64,000 bases of DNA, from NCBI GenBank assembly GCA_037381915.1, contig JARRQJ010000005.1, positions 21,097 to 85,096 on the forward strand. Reading direction: 5' to 3'. Position 1 is the first letter of the stretch. Every line of letters starts with the position of its first letter. This DNA is from Gammaproteobacteria bacterium (lineage in GTDB: Bacteria > Pseudomonadota > Gammaproteobacteria > DRLM01). Positions 1 through 7,849 of this stretch are shown in pieces. A program made the translations under genes and the position numbers. The notes under the pieces were generated by a model. It was given only the letters and a program-made list of their open reading frames with translations. It had not been told where the DNA came from and did not search any database.

Positions 1-8
1 GGTGAATC

Positions 9-914
9 ATGGACTTGATCCTGGAATATTTTCGCAATATCAAATGGGAAGACATCATCTTTGCCGGCTTGAGGATCCTGCTGATCCTTATCATGGTGTG
101 GGTCTTCATCGCTGTCGTGCGCAAGCTGCTTCACCGGCTGGAGGAGGCCTTGATCGCCAAGGCCCACGCAGAAGGCGAGGTGCCCGGCGAGGCGGCCAAG
201 CGCGCCGAGACCCTGGTGCGCCTGTTGCGCCAAGGGGTGGTCATCGTCGTGTGGGTTATGGCGTTTCTGCTGATCTTGCGGCAACTGGGCGTGGACATCG
301 GTCCCGTTCTGGCCAGTGCCGGTATTGTCGGGGTGGCGGTGGGTTTCGGCGCCCAGCATCTGGTGCGCGATGTGATCTCCGGCTTTTTCATGATCCTGGA
401 GAACCAGGTGCGCGTCGGCGACGTGGCCATCATCAACGGTACGGGCGGCCTGGTGGAAAAGATCAATTTCCGCACCATCGTGCTGCGCGACCTCAGCGGC
501 ATCGTACACACCTTCCCTAACGGCACCATCAATACCCTGGCCAACATGACCCGCGAATGGTCGGCCTTCGTCTTCGATATCGGCGTGGCCTACAAGGAAG
601 ACACCGACAAGGTGGTCGCGCTGCTGCGGCAGGTGGGTGCCGAGCTGCGCCAGGATCCGCACTTCGGGCCGCTGATGCTCGACGACGTGGAGATCTTCGG
701 CGTGGACAAATTCGCCGATTCGGCGGTGGTCATCAAGGGGCGTACCCGGACACTGCCCATCAAGCAATGGGACGTGGGACGGGAGTTTCAGCGCCGGGTG
801 AAGAAGGCCTTCGATCAAGCGGGGATCGAGATCCCTTTCCCCCACCTGTCGGTGTATTTCGGCGAGGCCAGCAAGCCCTTTCTCGCCCATCTTGTCAAGA
901 GCGCGCCGGAATGA
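9..914 (+). CDS. Small-conductance mechanosensitive channel, MscS family
   Basis: 301-aa ORF with N-terminal TM helices and an MscS-like beta/alpha-beta C-terminal region (GIVGVAVGFGAQHLVRDVISGFFMILENQVRVGDVAIING...). An in-frame stop lies immediately upstream, so the gene is complete at the window edge. Confidence 0.85.
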   Translation: MDLILEYFRNIKWEDIIFAGLRILLILIMVWVFIAVVRKLLHRLEEALIAKAHAEGEVPGEAAKRAETLVRLLRQGVVIVVWVMAFLLILRQLGVDIGPVLASAGIVGVAVGFGAQHLVRDVISGFFMILENQVRVGDVAIINGTGGLVEKINFRTIVLRDLSGIVHTFPNGTINTLANMTREWSAFVFDIGVAYKEDTDKVVALLRQVGAELRQDPHFGPLMLDDVEIFGVDKFADSAVVIKGRTRTLPIKQWDVGREFQRRVKKAFDQAGIEIPFPHLSVYFGEASKPFLAHLVKSAPE

Positions 915-1080
915 AATAACAGGTAAGATGCACCCGGTGTCCGCCGAACCGCGGCGGTGACGCTCTAATAATATAGAGAAAGCCTGAATGATTCGAAGCC
1001 CACCATTCCGTGCCTCCCTTGGCCGGCATAGCTGATTATTCAGACACTCCCATAGTAGTGGATATTTTCTTACGCGAGGT

Positions 1081-3048
1081 ATGGTCGTGAGTCTCAATGC
1101 CCAGCAGCGCGCCGCGGTGCGCTATTTGGACGGTCCCCTGCTGGTGCTGGCGGGCGCCGGCAGCGGCAAGACCCGGCTGATCACCCACAAGATCACCTAT
1201 CTTATTAAGCAGTGCGGCATCGCGCCACAGCACATTGCCGCGGTGACCTTTACCAACAAGGCGGCGCGCGAGATGCACAGCCGTGTCGCCGCCCTGCTGG
1301 GCGGCGGGAAGGCCCAGGGGCTGCGGGTGTCCACCTTTCACAGCCTCGGTTTGCACATCCTGCGCCGCGAGACGGCGGCCCTGGGATACCGCCCGAACTT
1401 CTCCATTCTCGATGCCGAGGACAGCGCCGGCTTGATCCGCGACCTGTTGCGCCGGGAATTCAGCGACGACGGCCAGGTCGGTGCGGTGCAGCGGCAGATC
1501 TCCGCGTGGAAGAACGCCATGGTGGACGCCGAACAGGCATTTACCCTCGCCGCCGGCGATGCGGCCCGGGCCATGGCGGCGGGTTTGTACGGCCAGTATC
1601 AACGCCACCTCAAATCCTACAATGCCGTGGACTTCGACGATCTGATCTTTCTGCCGGCGCGGCTCCTGGGTGAACAGCCCGCAATCCTGGATGCCTGGCA
1701 GAACCGCATCCGCTACCTGCTGGTGGACGAGTATCAGGACACTAACAGCGGCCAATATCAACTGGTACGTATCCTCACCGGGGCGCGCGGCGCCCTCACC
1801 GCGGTGGGGGACGACGATCAATCGATTTACGCCTGGCGCGGCGCCCAACCGGAGAACCTTGCCCTGTTGCAGCAGGATTTTCCCAGTTTGAAGGTGATCA
1901 AGCTGGAGCAGAATTATCGCTCCACCGGGCGGATCCTCAAGGCCGCCAATCAGCTCATCGCCAACAATCCCCACGTATTCCCGAAATCCTTGTGGTGCGA
2001 ACTGGGTTACGGCGACCCGCTACGGGTGATCGAGACCCGCAGCGACGAACATGAAGCGGAGGTGGTGGTCTCGGAGATTCTGAGCCACAAATTCAAGCAC
2101 CGCGGCGCTTACCGCGATTATGTCATTCTCTATCGCGGCAACCATCAGGCTCGAGAAGACCCTGCGTGAACAACGCATCCCCTATTATCTCAGCGGCGGC
2201 ACTTCGTTTTTCAGCTATGCCGAGGTCAAGGACATCATGGCCTACCTGCGCCTGCTGGTGAATCCCGACGACGACAGCGCATTTCTCCGCGTGGTGAACG
2301 TTCCCCGCCGCGAGATCGGTCCCACCACCGTGGAAAAGCTGGCCGCGTACGCCGGGGGACGCGGTGTCAGCCTGTTTGCCGCCTGTTTTGAGCTGGGGCT
2401 CAAGACGCAATTGCCCGAGCGCGCTGCGACCCGTCTCGAACAATTCACCCGCTGGCTGGTAGAGCTGGGCGACCGCGGTCAACGTGGCGACCCCATCGCC
2501 GCGGCGCGGGACATGATCGCCGGTGCCAACTACGACCCATCGCCGCGGCGCGGGACATGATCGCCGGTGCCAACTACGAACAGTGGCTGCAGGACACCAG
2601 CAAAGACGAAAAGAGCGCGGAACGGCGCATGGCCAATGTTTGGGAGTTGATCGCATGGATGCAGCGCGTCGCCGAACATAACAGCGAAGACAAGACCCTC
2701 GCCGACCTGGTAGCGCACATGAGTTTGATGGATATCCTCGAACGCGGCGAGGACGACAGCAGCGCCGATTGTGTGCACCTGTTGACGTTGCATGCCGCCA
2801 AAGGTTTGGAATTTCCCCACGTATTCTTGGCGGGGATGGAAGAATCGCTATTGCCGCACCGCAGCAGTATCGAAGCGGATGATATAGAAGAGGAACGGCG
2901 TTTGGCCTATGTGGGCATCACCCGTTGCCGAACTGCCCGCCGACGATTTGCAGTGGGAGGGCGGCCGCCGCGAAGAGGACCCCGTGCAACGTCAGGAGCG
3001 CGGCCAGGCCCACCTCGCCAATCTGCGCGGATTGTTGAGTTCCGGATG
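1081..3048 (+). pseudogene. rep: ATP-dependent DNA helicase Rep (UvrD/Rep family), disrupted by two frameshifts and an internal deletion
   Basis: The N-terminus (LLVLAGAGSGKTRLITHKITYLI, Walker A) and motifs through YRGNHQ match Rep. The frame breaks at about 2149 (Rep-like sequence continues in frame +2: LEKTLREQRIPYYLSGGTSFF...). It returns to frame +1 after a 44-bp tandem duplication (2492-2579). A roughly 30-codon deletion with frameshift follows at about 2925 (GITR joined out-of-frame to [12 protein letters not shown]...HLANL, the C-terminus). Three ORF-track fragments (1081-2169, 2120-2560, 2557-3120) tile one Rep homologue. Confidence 0.8.
2492..2579. repeat. Perfect 44-bp tandem direct duplication (2 x CCCATCGCCGCGGCGCGGGACATGATCGCCGGTGCCAACTACGA) inside rep
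   Basis: Copy 1 is 2492-2535 and copy 2 is 2536-2579, identical by eye. 44 is not a multiple of 3, so the repeat shifts the reading frame. Removing one copy restores a continuous Rep-like sequence (...[22 protein letters not shown]...). Confidence 0.9.
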
Positions 3049-3126
3049 ACGATGTTGCGCTTGAACTGCGGCGCTTATTCGAACTTCGATCGAATGAAAA
3101 ATTTTCGACTTGACATTTGACAGTAT

Positions 3127-3154
3127 AGATACTTTACTTACTCGTTAAGTATCT
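3127..3154. promoter_or_regulatory. Inverted repeat AGATACTT-N12-AAGTATCT next to two overlapping TTGACA hexamers
   Basis: Seen directly: 8-bp perfect arms at 3127-3134 and 3147-3154. TTGACATTTGACAG lies immediately upstream at about 3103-3117. Candidate promoter/operator at the head of the 600-bp leader preceding the ParA-CBM48 gene. Confidence 0.3.
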
Positions 3155-3723
3155 CACGAGGGGTGAGTATGACCGATACGGGATCCTATGCCCGTCGGAT
3201 ACATGGTTTTGTTCAAACCAAGTTGCGCCGGACCTTACACTGGCGCTGCGTCAGCCCCGTCACCCCCGCTCATTCCCTTCCGAGTTTGTCTTACCCGATC
3301 GTTCCGCCCGTCATGCAGCGGAGACGGCAATGGACGGTGCATCCCTGCGCGCCTAGGCGCGGACGACGTCCAGTGTGTACGGCGCCAGGCTCCGTGCGCA
3401 GTCCATTGTCGAAATTGCTCACAAGCGTTACCACCCCGGCCCGAATGGGGGCATTCTTCCGTAACGAGGACGGGAGGTTTCCTTCCGTTCTTCCAAGGAT
3501 GGAGGGGGAGACACAGGGTGTGACTCCTCCTTTTAAAGAAGAGGTGGCCTGGGGTCGGGGTGGTTCCCTTTAAGCTGTACGAAACGAAGTGTCGGCATCG
3601 TTTATGTTTTAGTCGTCGCACCGATTCGATAGCGATACCGGCGACGGCGTTTAAGCGAAAGGAGGAACGGGCTCGCCCGGAAAACAGCGGAAATATCCTA
3701 TAAGGCATACGGAGGGATGTGGA

Positions 3724-4827
3724 ATGAATGTTATCGCCATTACTAACCAGAAGGGTGGCTGCGGCAAGACCACCTTCGCCATCAATCTCGCAGCGTGTTT
3801 GGGGCGCAAGGGATTGAGTGTCCTGCTCGTCGACATGGATTCACAAGGCCATTGCGGATTGGGTTTGGGCGTCAAACCCGAGGAAACCTGGGCAAGCCTC
3901 TATGAAGTCTTTATGGGTGACCTCGCTCTCTCCAACGTGATCGTCCCATCGGTGGCCCGGGGCGTGGACCTGGTGCCTGGGTTGCCAGATCTCGCGTTCG
4001 TGGAACAGCGGCTGGCGTTTCGCCAGGATCCGGAAGCCGAACTCTTCAAACAACTGTCCATGTTGGGCAGGCGCTACGACTACGTGGTGCTGGACAGCCA
4101 TCTGGCTCTAAACATCCTGGCGGTCAACGCCATCCGCGCCGCCCATCAGATTCTCGTTCCGATCGAGCTGAGTTCCTTTGCCCTGGATGGCATCTCGCGG
4201 GTGCGGGAAGTGGTGACGCAAATGTGCGAGCGGCACGGCGGTTATGCGGAGATCAAGATCGTTCCCTCGCGGGTCAATACCCGCACGCGCCTGGCCAACA
4301 GGCTGTTGGAGAATCTGCGGCGTGACTTGGCGGATGAGCTGCTGCCGGTGATGATACGGGAAAGCGTGCGGGTGCGGGAGGCGGCGGGTACCGGTCGTCC
4401 GGTGATCGATTTTGCGCCCAAATCCGCGGTGGCGGAGGATTTCTTGAATCTAACCGAGCTGTTGACCGGTGAGGTCGAAACCGTCGAAGAGGAACAGGCG
4501 TCGTCCGAGAGCGATGCGGCGCGTCCCGCCAGCATGACCTTCAGCGAGAGCATGGGCCTCGTCGGCGAGCGGCGGGTGGTATTGAGCTATCACCATTTCC
4601 TGGGGCGGGAATTGCAGATCGCCGGCGACTTCAACGATTGGATCCCGGACTATCTCGTGGAGACCCGCAGCTTCAACGGTACGGTGCAGAAGGTACTGAA
4701 GGTGCCGCCGGGCGCCTATCAGTATCGGGTGATCATCGACGGCGAGTGGCAGGAAGACCCGGTCAATCCGGTGCGGGTACCCAACGATATGGGCGGGACC
4801 AACTCGGTATTGCGGGTAACGGCATGA
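3724..4827 (+). CDS. ParA/MinD-family P-loop ATPase with C-terminal CBM48 (AMPK beta-subunit glycogen-binding) domain
   Basis: N-terminus has a deviant Walker A (KGGCGKTT, NQKGGCGKTTFAINLA) and ParA-like core (LLVDMDSQGH, VLDSHLALN...). An acidic linker follows (EVETVEEEQASSESD). The C-terminus (VVLSYHHFLGRELQIAGDFNDWIPDYLVETRSFNGTVQKVLKVPPGAYQYRVIIDGEWQEDPVNP) matches the CBM48 glycogen-binding fold. A rho-independent terminator follows the gene. Confidence 0.8.
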   Translation: MNVIAITNQKGGCGKTTFAINLAACLGRKGLSVLLVDMDSQGHCGLGLGVKPEETWASLYEVFMGDLALSNVIVPSVARGVDLVPGLPDLAFVEQRLAFRQDPEAELFKQLSMLGRRYDYVVLDSHLALNILAVNAIRAAHQILVPIELSSFALDGISRVREVVTQMCERHGGYAEIKIVPSRVNTRTRLANRLLENLRRDLADELLPVMIRESVRVREAAGTGRPVIDFAPKSAVAEDFLNLTELLTGEVETVEEEQASSESDAARPASMTFSESMGLVGERRVVLSYHHFLGRELQIAGDFNDWIPDYLVETRSFNGTVQKVLKVPPGAYQYRVIIDGEWQEDPVNPVRVPNDMGGTNSVLRVTA

Positions 4828-4914
4828 GTTTTTTTCGTGAGTTAGTGCGGCAAGCTAACGGCAGAGTAACAGAAGTAGTAAAGCAGTGATCATACTTTCA
4901 TCTTGTTGAACGGC

Positions 4915-4942
4915 ATCCCCGCCTCGGCGGGGATGATTTTTC
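4915..4942 (+). terminator. Rho-independent terminator after the ParA-CBM48 gene
   Basis: ATCCCCGCC-TCG-GCGGGGAT stem-loop followed by GATTTTTC. Confidence 0.6.
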
Positions 4943-5230
4943 AATCTATCACGACGCTTCGTACTTTTCCAGCCGACTGTTCGACGCTTTCCGATACAGG
5001 GGTCGCTTCACGGTCCGCGCTCCTTTGCCAAATGCCGCGATCAAGGCGGCAGAAATTGACCAGTGTTCTTCCGTATCGGTGCCACATCTAGGGGGCATTC
5101 CAGAGACGTTCCCGCCAAACGTACTCTTACCGGAAATATAGCCGAGTCACAAAAGATTCATCAAATTTTCACGCGGCGGACATCTTACTTGCCGATATTA
5201 CTATTGAAGTAAGGCAAGCGAGCAGGACTT

Positions 5231-5764
5231 ATGAGTGTCCATTCCGCTTTCAAACGCATGGAAAGCCGGGAGCTAGCGCTGTGTGAACTGTGCAACCGCG
5301 CCTGTCGCCTCCGCGCGATAAAGCGCTTGTTCATCGCCGTCAGTCGGCTTGGCAACGGTGTTTTCTGGTATCTACTTATCATCCTCTTGCCCTTCCGGTA
5401 CGGGAAGGACGCCCTGCAGGCCTCATTGCATATGTGCTTTGCGGGCATGATAGGCGTGGTACTGTATAAGTATCTGAAATCCCATCTGGCACGACAGCGG
5501 CCTTATATCCTGCACGGCGGGATTACCCTCGGGGCCGCCCCGCTGGATCTCTACAGCTTTCCTTCGGGGCATACCCTGCACGCCGTCACCTTTACCGTGG
5601 TGTGTTTGTCTTATTATCCACACCTGGCCTGGTTGCTTGTCCCCTTCGCCAGCCTGGTGGCGATGTCGCGGGTGATATTGGGACTGCATTATCCCAGTGA
5701 TGTCTTTGCCGGCGCGTTGATCGGTGCGTTACTGGCATGGGGCAGCTTCATGGTATTGCCGTGA
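5231..5764 (+). CDS. PAP2-superfamily phosphatase (phosphatidic acid/undecaprenyl-PP/PGP phosphatase-like)
   Basis: Three PAP2 signature motifs are present: KSHLARQRPY (KX6RP), PSGHT, SRVILGLHYPSD (SRX5HX3D). A multi-TM protein. Confidence 0.8.
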   Translation: MSVHSAFKRMESRELALCELCNRACRLRAIKRLFIAVSRLGNGVFWYLLIILLPFRYGKDALQASLHMCFAGMIGVVLYKYLKSHLARQRPYILHGGITLGAAPLDLYSFPSGHTLHAVTFTVVCLSYYPHLAWLLVPFASLVAMSRVILGLHYPSDVFAGALIGALLAWGSFMVLP

Positions 5765-5806
5765 CCTACAACTCGCCTGACGGCGACGAACACCATTAGT
5801 CGAACC

Positions 5807-7000
5807 GTGCGCATCCTGTTTATCTCCGATGTGTTCTTTCCCCGCGTCAACGGGGTGTCCACGTCGCTGCAGACGTTTTGGCGGGAGCTGGAGCGCCTGG
5901 GGCACGAGGTCATCATTATCGCGCCCGACTATGGCCGCCAGGAGGGTGATGATCCCTGCTTGAGACGCATTCCCGCACGGGTCGTCATGTTCGATCCCGA
6001 GGATCGCATGATGCACAAACGCCGCATTCTCGATTTGGCGGATGAGCTGCGGCGTCAGGATGTCGATGTGATTCACATTCAGACACCGTTTGTCGCCCAT
6101 TACGCGGGCGTCGAACTCTCGCGCGATTTGAACGTACCGCGCATTGAAACCTATCACACGTTCTTCGAGGAATATCTGTTTCATTATGTGCCCTATCTGC
6201 CCGCGTCGTGGCTGCGTTATGCGGCAAGACGATTCTCCCGGGCGCAATGCAATGAAGTCGATGCCGTCGTGGTGCCGTCCATCGCCATGCGCGATATCCT
6301 GGCAGGGTACGGGGTGACGACGCCTACGGAAGTGCTCCCCACCGGCATTCAGCTGGAGCAATTCGAGGGTGGCGACGGAGCGCGCTTTCGTGCTGTCCAT
6401 CAGATCCCGCGCGAGCGGCCACTGCTGCTGCATGTCGGCCGCGTGGCCTTTGAAAAGAACATCGGCTTTCTGTTGCGCATGGTGAAGCGTGTCAAGGCCG
6501 AGATTGCGGACATCTTGTTCGTGATCGCCGGCGAAGGTCCGGCAACGGTGGCGCTGCGTCGCGAAGCGCGGGATCTGGGGGTCGAGGGCAATGTGCTATT
6601 CGTCGGCAACATGCAGCGTGACACGGAGCTGCTGGACTGTTATCGCGCCGCGAATGTGAAAGTGTTCGCCTCCCGCACCGAAACGCAGGGCCTGGTGCTG
6701 TTAGAAGCGATGGCCTTGGGTGTTCCGGTGGTATCCACGGCCGTGATGGGCACCACGGATGTACTGCAACCCGGTTGCGGCGCGGAAGTTGTCAGGGAAG
6801 ACGAACAGGAATTCGCGGCGGCCGTTGTGCGTGTGCTGGTTGACCAGGATCTGGCGTCGAGGCTGGGCAAGGCCGGCAGAGAATATGTCAAGTCATGGGC
6901 GGCGCCGGTCATGGCGCGGCGCATGGTCGATCTCTACCGGCATGTGGTCGAGACGCGTAGAGCACACCCTCGCAGCAGTACGCAAGACGCGGGCCTGTAA
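5807..7000 (+). CDS. GT4-family (GT-B) glycosyltransferase
   Basis: N-terminus MRILFISDVFFPRVNGVST (typical GT4 start) and a C-terminal E-X7-E-like region (ETQGLVLLEAMALGVPVVST). GTG start. Confidence 0.8.
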   Translation: MRILFISDVFFPRVNGVSTSLQTFWRELERLGHEVIIIAPDYGRQEGDDPCLRRIPARVVMFDPEDRMMHKRRILDLADELRRQDVDVIHIQTPFVAHYAGVELSRDLNVPRIETYHTFFEEYLFHYVPYLPASWLRYAARRFSRAQCNEVDAVVVPSIAMRDILAGYGVTTPTEVLPTGIQLEQFEGGDGARFRAVHQIPRERPLLLHVGRVAFEKNIGFLLRMVKRVKAEIADILFVIAGEGPATVALRREARDLGVEGNVLFVGNMQRDTELLDCYRAANVKVFASRTETQGLVLLEAMALGVPVVSTAVMGTTDVLQPGCGAEVVREDEQEFAAAVVRVLVDQDLASRLGKAGREYVKSWAAPVMARRMVDLYRHVVETRRAHPRSSTQDAGL

Positions 7001-7203
7001 ATTCGTCGCCTCGTTAGGGTCGCGCCCGGCCCCGAGGCGGCCATCCATGCTGTCGTTTCGTCACCGTCCGTCCCCTATGCCTTAAGCCGGGGGCGGAGTC
7101 CGACAATCTGCAATCTCAACCGACGGCTTGCCTGAGGGCCCGGTAGGGTTACAATGTTGGCAATCTTGCGGGTAGGCCGCGTAGCCATGGAACGATTACC
7201 CTA

Positions 7204-7722
7204 ATGCTGAAAAAAGTCGAAACGGCTCTGGAGCGGACGATGTTCAACAGCCGTTGGCTGTTGGCACCTTTCTATATCGGCTTGGTGGGCGCCGTGTTCT
7301 TGCTGCTGGTCAAGTTCATTCAGGAGTTTATTCATGTAGCGCCGCATATCCTGGATTCTTCCGAGACCGAGGCCATCCTCGCCATCCTGTCCCTAGTGGA
7401 CATGTCGTTGGTGGCTAACCTGCTGCTCATCATCATTTTCAGCGGTTATGAAAATTTCGTGTCCAAGATCGATGCGGCGGGCCATGAGGACAAGCCGGAA
7501 TGGATGGGTAAGGTGGATTTCTCCGGCTTAAAGTTGAAGCTCATCGCCTCCATCGTCGCCATTTCGGCGATCGAGTTGCTCAAGGCCTTCGTCAATCTCG
7601 ACAAGGTGCTGAACGCCGATCAATTGAAATGGAAGGTCGGTATTCATATCACGTTAGTGGTGTCGGGCGTGTTGTTTGCGCTCATGGATCGCCTGGCCGA
7701 ATCCAAACAAGGTCAGCATTGA
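7204..7722 (+). CDS. yqhA: UPF0114 family inner-membrane protein YqhA
   Basis: Collinear similarity to E. coli YqhA (SRWLLAP.YIGL, FSGYENFVSKID, KLKLIASIVAISAIELLK). Confidence 0.8.
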   Translation: MLKKVETALERTMFNSRWLLAPFYIGLVGAVFLLLVKFIQEFIHVAPHILDSSETEAILAILSLVDMSLVANLLLIIIFSGYENFVSKIDAAGHEDKPEWMGKVDFSGLKLKLIASIVAISAIELLKAFVNLDKVLNADQLKWKVGIHITLVVSGVLFALMDRLAESKQGQH

Positions 7723-7849
7723 CATAGGTCTTAAGCCGGCGTGCTTTTGAATCGCCGTGCGCCGGGACCGTCGCCGTGACAGAGGGGAGATCAGGGCCTT
7801 TCGCCATGCTTGCCGCTGAGCTGCACAACATTCCGGGAAAGATCACCGT

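Noticed and set aside
2120-3120. Two separate genes (146 aa and 187 aa) called by the ORF track downstream of rep
   Set aside because: Both are frame-shifted continuations of the same Rep helicase homologue. They were merged into one pseudogene.
3163-3708. ORFs of 136 aa (+), 111 aa (+) and 157 aa (-) inside the 600-bp leader
   Set aside because: They overlap mutually, are Arg/Pro/Cys-rich low complexity, and lack RBS or homology. They are treated as non-coding.
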